A stretch of DNA of 27,995 nt from a bacterium (lineage in GTDB: Bacteria > Zhuqueibacterota > Zhuqueibacteria > Zhuqueibacterales > Zhuqueibacteraceae). A program made the translations under genes and the position numbers. This document shows, piece after piece, positions 9,430 through 18,461 of the stretch (position 1 is its first letter; each line of letters starts with the position of its first letter). The notes below the pieces were generated by a model, which saw only the letters and a list, made by a program, of their open reading frames with translations, was not told where the DNA came from and did not search any database. The stretch is taken from NCBI GenBank assembly GCA_044869275.1, contig JBIOXB010000095.1, positions 1 through 27,995 of the forward strand, written 5' to 3'.

Positions 9430-9458
9430 ATACTAGTATCACTGCCCTGATACCTCAA
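9430..9458 (-). promoter_or_regulatory. Possible sigma-70 promoter for serA with a palindrome in the spacer
   Basis: The minus strand reads TTGAGG-17 nt-TAGTAT, and the spacer carries GTATCA-N6-TGATAC. Confidence 0.35.
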
Positions 9459-10663
9459 ATGGCTTGATGCCTTTGTAGTATTTCAATGCTTTTTTCATCC
9501 AGCCCCAGCACCTCGCGCAAAACTTCCCTGGTATGCTGTCCGAGCAAAGGCGGGGCCAGTCTGATCTCCACCGCTGTGCTTGAAAACTTCGGCACCGGGC
9601 CGAGCAATTGCAGTTCTGCGCCGGACGCATGCTGCACGCGTTGCACCATGCCGCGAAATTGAATCTGCGGATCATGCAGCGCCTGCGGCACGGTGTTGAT
9701 CGGCGCCGCGGGAACTTGCGCCTGCGCCATTTTTTCAAGCCAAACAGAGGCGGGCTGCCGGTGAAATTCTCTTTGCAGTTGCGCGATCAAATCTTCACGA
9801 TGCGCGACGCGTTGCGCATTGGTTTTGAAATCGGCGTGTTCCGGCAATTCAGAACGCTGCAAGGCCTCGCACAAGCGCCGAAATTGTTCATCGTTCCCCA
9901 CGCCGACGGCGATGAAATCATCCGCGGTCGCGAAGACTTGGTAGGGCACGAGATTGGGATGCGCATTGCCGTAGCGCTGCGGCGGCTCGCCGGAAACCAG
10001 GTAATTCATCGCAACATTTGCCAGCCAGGAAACCTGCGCATCGAACAAGGCGAGGTCGAGGTGCTGCCCTTGGCCGGTTCTCTCGCGATAGAGCAGCGCT
10101 GCGAGAATCGCATTGGCCGCGTACATGCCCGACATAATGTCGGCAATGGCGACACCCACCTTGCAGGGCGCACCCTCCGCTTCACCGGTAATGCTCATGA
10201 CGCCGCCTTGTGCTTGCATCATGAAATCATAGCCCGGCAAGTTTTTGTAGGGGCCGTTTTGGCCGTAGCCGGTAATCGAACAATAAACCAGGCGCGAATT
10301 GATCTGCCGCAGCGATTCGTAATCCAAGCCGTAGGCCTGGAGCGCCCCAACTTTGAAATTCTCCACGGCAACATCGGATACTTCCGCCAGGCGCCGGATG
10401 AGCTCGCGGCCCTGCTCCGTTTTGAAATTGATCGTCACGCTTTTCTTGTTGCGATTGCAGCACAGAAAGTATGCCGATTCGCCGTGAAACCAAGGCGGGC
10501 CCCATTGGCGGGTGTCATCGCCCTTGCCCGGCGGCTCGATCTTGATAACCTCTGCACCCAAGTCGCCGAGCAGCTGCGTGCAAAATGGTCCGGCGAGCAC
10601 GCGCGAAAGATCCAGCACGCGCAAGCCGGCGAGACAACCTGGCGGGGAGGCAGTGGCAAGCAT
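9455..10663 (-). CDS. Family III CoA-transferase (CaiB/BaiF)
   Basis: Motifs LAGLRVLDLSRVLAGPFCTQLLGDLGAEVIKIE, NRNKKS, ENFKVG, GYDFMMQA and PPLLGQHT. The start is moved to ATG 10663 because the longer ORF overlaps the upstream gene. Confidence 0.93.
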   Translation of the reverse strand: MLATASPPGCLAGLRVLDLSRVLAGPFCTQLLGDLGAEVIKIEPPGKGDDTRQWGPPWFHGESAYFLCCNRNKKSVTINFKTEQGRELIRRLAEVSDVAVENFKVGALQAYGLDYESLRQINSRLVYCSITGYGQNGPYKNLPGYDFMMQAQGGVMSITGEAEGAPCKVGVAIADIMSGMYAANAILAALLYRERTGQGQHLDLALFDAQVSWLANVAMNYLVSGEPPQRYGNAHPNLVPYQVFATADDFIAVGVGNDEQFRRLCEALQRSELPEHADFKTNAQRVAHREDLIAQLQREFHRQPASVWLEKMAQAQVPAAPINTVPQALHDPQIQFRGMVQRVQHASGAELQLLGPVPKFSSTAVEIRLAPPLLGQHTREVLREVLGLDEKSIEILQRHQAI

Positions 10664-10719
10664 TGAGAGTTCCAGTGACGTTGTCTGAAGCAGATCATTG
10701 CAGCCGGTCCGTGGCGCTT

Positions 10720-12924
10720 TCAGTTCTCTGCGCTTTCCGCCTCTTTTCCCATGACCGCCGCGATGATTTTGTCCTTGTGCCGCTGATAAAGATAGGAAGC
10801 GTAAACCAGAATGCCCCCAAAGACGAGAGCGGAGAGAATGCGGTATATTTTTTCGAATAACCAGAAATCGACAAAAGCGACTTTGATGATCGTGATCGCG
10901 AGAATCAATAATGCCGCCATGCGCAACTGGAAAACACGTTTCCAGATGCCCATGATCAGGAGCAGCAGAGAAAAAATCGACCACACGGCAGACAAGGTGA
11001 GCTGCTTGGGTGCGTCAAAACTGCCGGCATGGCCCGCCGCTTGTGCGCGAAAATCGTAAAAATCGAACACCTCCAAGGTCAGGGCAAAAAAGAGCAAAGC
11101 GATGATTTGGACATGCTCGAGTCTCATCAGCCAGGCCGCGAGCGTCGGGGAGAGGTTCGGGCTCGCCCACTTCTTTGTGCTGATGAGATGCCAGCCGAGC
11201 ACGCCTGCAGCCGCAACATACAGCAAGAATCGTGAATTCAAGACCACCATGAAGTTTTGCGCGTTGATCCACTCCGGATCGTATTCGCGTATGAAGATAA
11301 TGAATGTGGCCAGCGGGGCGAAATAGAATACAGTGATTCGGGCAGCGTGAGCAAGGGTGAGAGGAGATCGTGCGCACAACAACAAGACTGCACCAATGAG
11401 CAGGAGCGCCGCGCTGGTCCAAGCAGTGGCCAACAGAAAAGGCAAAGTGAGCAGCGTCAGCACTTCACCCAAAACGAGCCACTGCGATAAATCGGCAGTG
11501 GTGTTCCCGGTCTTTCTCGACGGCAAAACGTTCGAGATAAGGACACCCGCCGTGCCCAGAAAAAAAGTGAGCCATTCGCCAGCCTGGATCGGCAGGCCGT
11601 GGTGCTCGGAAACATAGCGATAGAGCGCCACCCAGGCCACGATTCCAACCATCAGGCCCAGGCGTTGCAACTGTTCCAGCTGCAGATACGCACCGAGGTT
11701 GATCAGCACCAGAGTTTCGACCAACCAGGCCAGCGGCACCCAATCTGCTTTGAACTCAATGGGAAAAAACAAAGTAAGAAATGTGATCGCGGCGCCCATT
11801 AACAAATAGCTGAGCAACTGGTCTTCGCGGTGGCGGCGCCAGGCGACAAAACTGAACGCGCCATAGAGCAGCGCCATGCCGGCGGTGAAAGCCCCGTGAA
11901 ATTTCTCCGCCGAGATCGAGTCCAGTAACGCCAGATTGCCGGTGAAGTAAAACAGGGCATTTCCCGCAATCGCCAGCGCGTCGGAAATCTGCGCACGCTG
12001 CCGGCGCATGAGATGAATGAAAAACGCCAGCGCGGCGAAGATGAGATAGAAAATCGTCAGAAATGTTTCCGCCAGCCAGAATTGCGCCGCATGATATTCG
12101 CCGGCATACCAGCCGAAATAGAGCGCAGCGGTGGCGGCAAAACACAGCGTGTTGGCGAAGGGCCAGTCCTTGCGCCACGCCACCGCGACCAATCCCAAAT
12201 CGAGAATCGCAATATAAGTGAACAACGCCAGCGGCCGCGCGACACCCGTGCTCACCCAAAACGGCGTGAAAAACCCGCCGAACATCGCGAACAGCAGGAT
12301 CGTGCGCGAATTATAGCGCAGCGCCAAGGCCACCGTGGTTGCCGTGACCAGCGCCATCAAAACAAACGCAATGGGCTGTGAAATGATTTGATAAATTTGA
12401 AAGGCGAAGTAGAGGGAGAGATAGAGAATCGCCGCACCGCCGCCGGTCAAGCCGCGGGCGAAGATTTTGAGCTGGCGGCGATGGTATCGTTCGCCGCCAG
12501 CGAGAAGCAACAATCCCACAATTATTCCCAGCAGAACCTTGCCGCGATCGCCGATCCACTCATTTTCGATGGCATAGCGCAGGAAAAAAGCCATGCCTAA
12601 AATGATCGCGCCGATGCCGATTTTGTTGAACCAGTTGCCGCCGATGATGGCTTCCCAATCGCGGCGCGGCTCGCGAGCTTTCGCTTCGAACGGCCAGGTG
12701 GGTCGGGCGGGGAAAGGCTGAGGGAGCGCCGGCGCAGCAGTGGCAAGAACTTCAGCTGCAGGCTTCGAGCTTGCAGCACCTGCCGCTTTTTGCCGTTCAC
12801 TCTCCATCTCGTTCTGCACTGCCGCCACCTGGCGGCGCACCTGCACCAACACTTGTTCAATGTGCTGCAGTTGGTGGTGCAACAACTGGACGCGTTCTTC
12901 GAGCGAAGTGTTCTGATCGGGCAT
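10720..12924 (-). CDS. Large polytopic membrane protein, DUF2339-like
   Basis: N-terminal coiled coil and Pro/Ala linker, then WEAIIGGNWFNKIG, GGFFTP, many transmembrane helices and a C-terminal IKVAFVD...YRILS pattern. Confidence 0.85.
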   Translation of the reverse strand: MPDQNTSLEERVQLLHHQLQHIEQVLVQVRRQVAAVQNEMESERQKAAGAASSKPAAEVLATAAPALPQPFPARPTWPFEAKAREPRRDWEAIIGGNWFNKIGIGAIILGMAFFLRYAIENEWIGDRGKVLLGIIVGLLLLAGGERYHRRQLKIFARGLTGGGAAILYLSLYFAFQIYQIISQPIAFVLMALVTATTVALALRYNSRTILLFAMFGGFFTPFWVSTGVARPLALFTYIAILDLGLVAVAWRKDWPFANTLCFAATAALYFGWYAGEYHAAQFWLAETFLTIFYLIFAALAFFIHLMRRQRAQISDALAIAGNALFYFTGNLALLDSISAEKFHGAFTAGMALLYGAFSFVAWRRHREDQLLSYLLMGAAITFLTLFFPIEFKADWVPLAWLVETLVLINLGAYLQLEQLQRLGLMVGIVAWVALYRYVSEHHGLPIQAGEWLTFFLGTAGVLISNVLPSRKTGNTTADLSQWLVLGEVLTLLTLPFLLATAWTSAALLLIGAVLLLCARSPLTLAHAARITVFYFAPLATFIIFIREYDPEWINAQNFMVVLNSRFLLYVAAAGVLGWHLISTKKWASPNLSPTLAAWLMRLEHVQIIALLFFALTLEVFDFYDFRAQAAGHAGSFDAPKQLTLSAVWSIFSLLLLIMGIWKRVFQLRMAALLILAITIIKVAFVDFWLFEKIYRILSALVFGGILVYASYLYQRHKDKIIAAVMGKEAESAEN

Positions 12925-12931
12925 GACGGCA

Positions 12932-12960
12932 AGAGTAGCTCAAAATCTTGAAAAAGTCAA
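12932..12960 (-). promoter_or_regulatory. Sigma-70-type promoter, probably giving a leaderless transcript
   Basis: The minus strand reads TTGACT-17 nt-TACTCT, then 7 nt to the ATG at 12924, with no Shine-Dalgarno sequence. Confidence 0.65.
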
Positions 12961-12977
12961 CGCCGCGTTTGGTTGAC

Positions 12978-13460
12978 TCAAACCCGAAAGTTCGGCTGGC
13001 TGGGAAGCTCTCTGCCGTAAATCTGGCGCTCCACTTTTTTGCGCAGCTTGTACGCTTTCAGAAAGGCGCCTTTTTCGCCGTGCTTCAAGATCGAGAAGGA
13101 GGTGCGTTTCACTTTATTCGGTTGGGGAGACCACGTCACCTCATAAACCGGGCTCTTGGTGATCTTGCCCGTGCGCGTGCGCGTCGGTTTGACGGTGCGC
13201 ACGACTCCGACCACGCCTTTGCGTCGTCCCGGAGGGCTGGCAACGACCACGCGATCGGTCCTGGGTTTGCCCAGCTGGATTTCGAGGGCGTTGCGATATC
13301 GCACCGCCTTGCGCAGAGCTTTCTCACGCCCGTCATTGCTCAGATCACTGAAAAATTTCGAATGGACTTTTTTCTGAAATGCCACTCGGACATACCAACC
13401 GTGATTGTGCTTGTGGGGTTGATCGATGCGGCTGATGCCCTTAAAACCACTTACCGCCAT
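12978..13460 (-). CDS. Small, very basic protein with two AP2-like DNA-binding domains
   Basis: Two units with the pattern G[IV].R...W/Y.V...K/S.FS....G...A...A...R. AAGGAG precedes ATG 13460; 160 aa; no nuclease motif seen. Confidence 0.75.
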   Translation of the reverse strand: MAVSGFKGISRIDQPHKHNHGWYVRVAFQKKVHSKFFSDLSNDGREKALRKAVRYRNALEIQLGKPRTDRVVVASPPGRRKGVVGVVRTVKPTRTRTGKITKSPVYEVTWSPQPNKVKRTSFSILKHGEKGAFLKAYKLRKKVERQIYGRELPSQPNFRV

Positions 13461-13646
13461 GTTTCTTCTTCTCCTTGCCATTTGGCCGACTCCATTGATT
13501 TGCACGCGTCGAAGCTTGTACCAAAATAAAAAGGTCGCTCGTATTTACCCCTGGGCTGGCAGCGCTGCGCGAAATGAATGAAGTCACGCTGGTTCAGATC
13601 GCCCCTGCCCTGAGCAAAAGCGTGCGACCGGGATTGTGTGGACATG

Positions 13647-13675
13647 AAAATAAAACTTTGAATGCGAAAATGCAA
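13647..13675 (-). promoter_or_regulatory. Possible sigma-70 promoter of the AP2-like gene
   Basis: The minus strand reads TTGCAT-17 nt-TATTTT. Confidence 0.45.
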
Positions 13676-13730
13676 ACAGTAAATCGCCAGGCCTGGAACA
13701 TTTGTTCCCACCAACATGGCATGCAGTTTT

Positions 13731-16013
13731 CTAAAAACGCGCGCTCACACCCAGGCTCGGCAGGAAGGGAAACAGCGGCACCGTTTCGCGTTTGGCGGGG
13801 TCAACGTTAAAATCCCAGGTGTAATAAAAAACATTTTGGCGATTATAGACGTTCACGAGATTGAGAAACAGATCCATCTGCCAGGCTTTGAAATAGGAGT
13901 GGCGGATCAGACTCAAGTCCAGGCGCTGGTAATCGGGATAGCGCGCGCCGTTGATGACGTCGAAAATCACGCGGCGCGTGACGGGAGTGCCGAGTTGATC
14001 GTATTCGAAGCTGCCGTTCGCTTGCGTGTAAGGAAAGCCCGAGCCGAATTTAAATAGGCCGCTGATCTCCCATTTGCGGCTGAAGTTGTAATTGGCCACG
14101 ACACTGAGCGTGTGGCGGCGGTCCCAATTCGGCGGGTAGCGCGTGATCACGTCATTGATGGTTTCTCCATCCTTGTAAACATAGGCAAAGGAATATGACA
14201 ACCAGCCATTGAACCGGCCGCGGGGCTTGCGCAGATAGATCTCGCCGCCATAGGCCTCGCCGTCGGCGCGGCGGAAGACGTTCAGAATCGTAAAATCGAG
14301 CTCCTGGGTGACGGACGAACGCGTTTCCTTGAAGGCGAGCAAATTTTGCATGGTTTTGTAGTATGCTTCCAGGCTTACGCTGAAGTCGCGCCACGGCAGC
14401 GCCGTGTCATAGCCGAGAATATAATGCACGGAGCGTGAGGGCTCCACGGTTTGATCGAAGGCGAACCAAAAATCAATGAAAGAGGGATTGAGCTCGTCCT
14501 GCACCGTCGCGAGATACTGGTGAAAAATGCCGTACGCCAGCGACAGCGAAGCATTGGCGGAAAGCAAATATTTGGCGCTGGCGCGCGGCTCCCAGCGAAT
14601 CTTGCGTTGCGTGTCGCTGAAATAACTCAGGCGCAATCCCGGCTGCACAATCCAGCGCAGATGCGGCCGCCAGGTGTCTTGCAAGTAAACGGAAGCAGAA
14701 AGCGGCGTTTGCGTGATGCCGCCCAAATCACGCTCGTCGAACTCGTTGGTGTATTCAAACTTGGCGTCTTTGGCCTCGAAGCCGAACTTGACTTCGTGTG
14801 CATTGGTGAGAAAGTAGGTGAGGTCGCCTTTCAGCGTGCGATCGATAATTTCATTCTTGCTGAACAAGCCCCCGTCGTTGCCCACGCCCACGCGTGTGTC
14901 GAAGCGGCTGCTCGCCAGCATGAAATTCGAAAACAGGCGATTCGAAAAAAGATGCCGCCAATTCAGCGCCAGCGTGCGGTTGCCCCAATTCAAATCCAGC
15001 GTGAGATCCTCCCAATCCAGCACGTCGCGGCCCCAATACATGCTGAAAGAAAGCCGGTCGCGATGCGACAGATCTTGAAAGACGTGCCCCTGCAGGTCAT
15101 AGAAGTAATAAGGCAATTCAAAATCCGTGATCTTCAGCGCGCGCGCCGCATTGAGAATTTGATCGATGTAGGTTCGCCGCACCGACAACAACCACGCGCC
15201 TTTATTGATCGGTCCTTCCAGCGTGGCTTGCGAGCTCAACAGGCTGAGGGAAGCCGAGCCGGCGAATTTCCGGCTGTTGCCTTCGCGGCTGGTCAAGCGC
15301 AGCACGGAGGAAATGCGCCCGCCGTATTCCGCGGGAAAACCGCCTTTCATGAGATTTGCTTCTTTCAAACCATCGGTGATGAAATTTGAAAACAGGCCCC
15401 CGACGTGCGAGGGGTTGTAAACCGTGATACCGTCGAGCGTGATCAAATTTTGGTCCGTGTTGCCGCCGCGAACCACCAGGCCGGTGCTGAAGTCGGAGGG
15501 TGCCGTCACGCCCGGCAGAAATTGCAGGGAGCGGAAGACGTCGGATTCTACCACGCGCGCCATGGTTTGGAAATCGCGAGCGTCCATGCGGTTTTCGGCA
15601 ACGGTGAGGTCGCGCGTCTGGGCCGCGCGTTCGGCGGTCACGGTCACTGCTTCCAAGCGCACCGGCTCCGGCGCCAGAAAGAAATTTTTGACGACTCTAT
15701 CCCCCGCGACAAATGTGGCGGTTTCATGCCGGGCTTGGTACCCGACGTAGGTAATCGCTATTTCATGCGTTCCCGGAGGCACGGAGTTGATCACATAGTA
15801 GCCCGCTACCGTCGTTGCCGCGCCGAGATTGGTTCCTTTGAGATACACATTCGCGCCGAGCAAAGCCTCGTGGCTGGTGGAATCACGCACGAAACCGCTC
15901 AAGGTCGCGAGATTTTGCGCGTAACCGGAGAGGGCATGCAAAAAGCAAAAGGCAAAAAGAAAAGAGCAACTCCGAGGGCGGCTTGAAATCGGTGGGCAAA
16001 GATTCAGCTTCAT
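13731..16013 (-). CDS. TonB-dependent receptor with an N-terminal carboxypeptidase-regulatory-like domain
   Basis: Signal peptide; LSGFVRDS...GANV; plug motifs LPGV, VRGGNTDQN, LDG and KGGFPAEYGGRISSVL; barrel strands; LNLVNVYN; terminal Phe. The exact start is uncertain (16013 or 16034). Confidence 0.92.
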   Translation of the reverse strand: MKLNLCPPISSRPRSCSFLFAFCFLHALSGYAQNLATLSGFVRDSTSHEALLGANVYLKGTNLGAATTVAGYYVINSVPPGTHEIAITYVGYQARHETATFVAGDRVVKNFFLAPEPVRLEAVTVTAERAAQTRDLTVAENRMDARDFQTMARVVESDVFRSLQFLPGVTAPSDFSTGLVVRGGNTDQNLITLDGITVYNPSHVGGLFSNFITDGLKEANLMKGGFPAEYGGRISSVLRLTSREGNSRKFAGSASLSLLSSQATLEGPINKGAWLLSVRRTYIDQILNAARALKITDFELPYYFYDLQGHVFQDLSHRDRLSFSMYWGRDVLDWEDLTLDLNWGNRTLALNWRHLFSNRLFSNFMLASSRFDTRVGVGNDGGLFSKNEIIDRTLKGDLTYFLTNAHEVKFGFEAKDAKFEYTNEFDERDLGGITQTPLSASVYLQDTWRPHLRWIVQPGLRLSYFSDTQRKIRWEPRASAKYLLSANASLSLAYGIFHQYLATVQDELNPSFIDFWFAFDQTVEPSRSVHYILGYDTALPWRDFSVSLEAYYKTMQNLLAFKETRSSVTQELDFTILNVFRRADGEAYGGEIYLRKPRGRFNGWLSYSFAYVYKDGETINDVITRYPPNWDRRHTLSVVANYNFSRKWEISGLFKFGSGFPYTQANGSFEYDQLGTPVTRRVIFDVINGARYPDYQRLDLSLIRHSYFKAWQMDLFLNLVNVYNRQNVFYYTWDFNVDPAKRETVPLFPFLPSLGVSARF

Positions 16014-16086
16014 GCTCCTGCACAGCATTTTCATTCTGAGGTCATTCTGCAAGAATCAGACGGTGTGAAAACCTGGCAAGGCCGCA

Positions 16087-16205
16087 CCCTGAGCTTGTCG
16101 AAAGGCGAGCTTGTCGAAGGGTGAGCTCGTCGAAGGGTGCGAAATTCAAAAAACCGGCTTCGACAAGCTCAGCCACCGACAAGCTCAGCCTGCGACAAGC
16201 TCAGC
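16087..16205. repeat. REP-like palindromic element: three direct 16-mers facing three inverted 16-mers
   Basis: Left units tgagcttgtcgaaagg, cgagcttgtcgaaggg, tgagctcgtcgaaggg (16090-16137). Right units cttcgacaagctcagc, caccgacaagctcagc, ctgcgacaagctcagc (16158-16205). Confidence 0.9.
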
Positions 16206-16219
16206 TTGCGCATTCACTC

Positions 16220-18250
16220 TCACATCTTGAAGTTATTTTCGCGCAACTGCCGCAGCATGGCCAGCATGCCTTCGCGTTCTTGGCCTTCACGTTGTGCGAG
16301 CTGCTCCGGTGTCTCCCGTGAATGCAGCGGCCGCTCGAGCAACTCTTCCGGAATTTCCTGCAAGAAGCGTGAGGGCTGCATTTCCAAGACTTCTTTGTAG
16401 CGCCGGCGCCGCGTGGAATAACTCACGGTCAGTTCTTTTTGCGCGCGGGTGAGAGCGACATAACACAGTCGCCTTTCCTCTTCGAGCGTACCGCCCTCCA
16501 GCGCACGGGCACTGGGAAATTGGCCGTCATTCATGCCAAAAATATAAACGCAGGGGAACTCCAAGCCTTTGGCGGAATGCATGGTGAGAAATATCGCGCG
16601 GTCGCACTTTTCATTCAAATAGTCGCTGTCGGACACCAGGCTGATGCGATCCAAGAAGGCGTCGAGCGAGCGCTCCTCGCTGTTTTGTTCGAATCTTTTC
16701 ATACTGCCCAAAAACTCGCGCACGTTGATCGCCTTGGCTTCCTGGCTGCGCGGTTCGGCCGTGGCCTCCTCCAGGGCTTTGATATAGCCTATTTCTTGCA
16801 CCAATTCCTCGGCGACGGCGGCGATGCTGCCCTGCCGGAACCGCGCGCGATATTTCTCGATTAAAGCCGTGAACTGTGCGAGCGCATGCACCATCGCGGG
16901 CCGCAGGTCTTCGAGCTGGGCGGCGTCGTGAAAGGCTTTGAACAAAGTTTGGTGCGTGTGCCGGCCATGCTCGTGCAACTTCAGCAGCGTGCCGCTGCCC
17001 AAACCGCGTTTGGGAAATTGCAGCGCGCGCTTGAGGTTCAATTCGTCGTCGGAATTGCGCACCACTTTCAAATACGCAATCAAGGTGCGAATTTCGGGCT
17101 TTTCGTAAAACGAAGAACCGCCGATGAGCTGGTAGGGAATATTGGCATTGCGCGCGGCTTCTTCGAGCGGCCGCAGTTGAAAATTCGTGCGCACCAGCAC
17201 GGCGAAATCGCTGAAGCGGATTTCCGGAGCTTGCATTTTGCGTGCCAGCAGATCGGTCATGACTTTTTCCGCTTCTTCATTTTCATTTTCCGCCGTAATC
17301 AGGCCCAGGCGGCGGCCTTCCCCTCGCATGGTCCAGAGCGCCTTTTCTTTGCGCCTCTGATTATGTCGAATCACATGGTTGGCAGCGTCGAGAATGATGC
17401 GATGCGAGCGGTAATTTTGCTCGAGCTTGATCACGCGCGCGCCGGGAAAATGCTGCTCGAAAGCCAGGATCATCTCCGGGTCCGCGCCGCGCCAAGAGTA
17501 GATGGCCTGATCGTCGTCGCCCACAACGCACAGGTTTTTTTGCGGGCCGAGCAGCAGCGTGATCAAACGATATTGCAGCGGATTCGTGTCCTGGTATTCA
17601 TCGACCATGACGTAGCGATAGCGCTGTTGATACTGCCGCCGGATTTCCTCGTGCTTCTCCAAGAGCTCGGTGGCGAGCAGCAAAATATCGTCAAAATCGA
17701 CCGCGTTGCATCCGCGCGTGCGCTGGAGATAATGCTCATATAGATCGCCGAACAGCAGGTCCTCGGGGTTATTCTGCTGCGCGAATCTCGCCGGCGCCTC
17801 GCCGTTGTTCTTGGAGGAGGAAATGCGGCCGAGCAATTCAAAAGTATTGTGCCCGGCAAAGTCCAGCGCGCGTTCTTTGACGATCTCGCGCACCAGGGCA
17901 AGCTGGTCGGTTTGATCGTAGATTACAAAGTTCTTGCGATAACCCGCGGCTTCGGCCTGCTCGCGCAAGAGGCGCACGCCCAGCGCGTGAAAAGTGGAGA
18001 CCGTCACCTTCTGCGCCGGGGCACCGGCGAGCTGGCGCAAGCGTTCTTTCATTTCATTTGCAGCCTTGTTCGTGAACGTGACCGCCAGCAGATTTTGGGA
18101 GGAAATATTTTTGTGCAACAGCAGATGGGCCAGACGAAAAGTAATCACCCGGGTTTTCCCCGAGCCCGCCCCCGCCAGAATGAGCAGCGGGCCTTCGGTG
18201 TGTTGCACGGCTTGCCGTTGGGGTTCGTTCAAATGATCGAGGCGCAGCAT
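16220..18250 (-). CDS. Superfamily 1A ATP-dependent DNA helicase (UvrD/PcrA/Rep family, Rep-like)
   Basis: Motifs GAGSGKT, TFTNKAA, DEYQDTN, VGDDDQAIYSWRGA, LEQNYRS, TMHSAKGLEF and EERRLCYVALTRA. AAGGA precedes ATG 18250. Confidence 0.95.
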   Translation of the reverse strand: MLRLDHLNEPQRQAVQHTEGPLLILAGAGSGKTRVITFRLAHLLLHKNISSQNLLAVTFTNKAANEMKERLRQLAGAPAQKVTVSTFHALGVRLLREQAEAAGYRKNFVIYDQTDQLALVREIVKERALDFAGHNTFELLGRISSSKNNGEAPARFAQQNNPEDLLFGDLYEHYLQRTRGCNAVDFDDILLLATELLEKHEEIRRQYQQRYRYVMVDEYQDTNPLQYRLITLLLGPQKNLCVVGDDDQAIYSWRGADPEMILAFEQHFPGARVIKLEQNYRSHRIILDAANHVIRHNQRRKEKALWTMRGEGRRLGLITAENENEEAEKVMTDLLARKMQAPEIRFSDFAVLVRTNFQLRPLEEAARNANIPYQLIGGSSFYEKPEIRTLIAYLKVVRNSDDELNLKRALQFPKRGLGSGTLLKLHEHGRHTHQTLFKAFHDAAQLEDLRPAMVHALAQFTALIEKYRARFRQGSIAAVAEELVQEIGYIKALEEATAEPRSQEAKAINVREFLGSMKRFEQNSEERSLDAFLDRISLVSDSDYLNEKCDRAIFLTMHSAKGLEFPCVYIFGMNDGQFPSARALEGGTLEEERRLCYVALTRAQKELTVSYSTRRRRYKEVLEMQPSRFLQEIPEELLERPLHSRETPEQLAQREGQEREGMLAMLRQLRENNFKM

Positions 18251-18384
18251 GCTTCCTTTGGGTATAGAGTGAACGCTCCTGCAGAGGGCCAGGCAATTGC
18301 AAGACAGCCCTGCGCACAATTAGTTGAGTGCCGCAAAAACGAGCGGCAAAATAGAATGCCGCGGGCAAACAAACAACAATTTTC

Positions 18385-18413
18385 TTGCATCGCCTTGGTA
18401 TTTTGTTTAATAT
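18385..18413 (+). promoter_or_regulatory. Sigma-70-type promoter of the lipoprotein gene
   Basis: TTGCAT-17 nt-TAATAT in the divergent intergenic region. Confidence 0.55.
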
Positions 18414-18461
18414 CCGGTAAGCATTCTCCTGGTGGAATCCTCGAAATACATAAGAGCAGTG

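Noticed and set aside
9608..10666. Long antisense ORFs (this 352-aa ORF, and others such as 3791-4837, 5995-6948, 14451-15389, 16886-17743, 20999-22036, 24937-25977 and 26801-27844)
   Set aside because: They lie opposite well-supported genes and have no recognisable motifs; such shadow ORFs are expected from GC-rich codon bias.
10664..10984. N-terminal 107 codons of the 509-aa CoA-transferase ORF
   Set aside because: They overlap the DUF2339-like gene in another frame, and family similarity begins only after ATG 10663.
16087..16205. Possible mini-CRISPR array
   Set aside because: The units are 16-bp tandem copies with no unique spacers, half are inverted, and there are no cas genes.
18286..18301. 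GGGCCAGGCAATTGCA as a third sigma-54 promoter
   Set aside because: The spacing fits but the -24 element is poor, and a better sigma-70 promoter sits closer to the gene.
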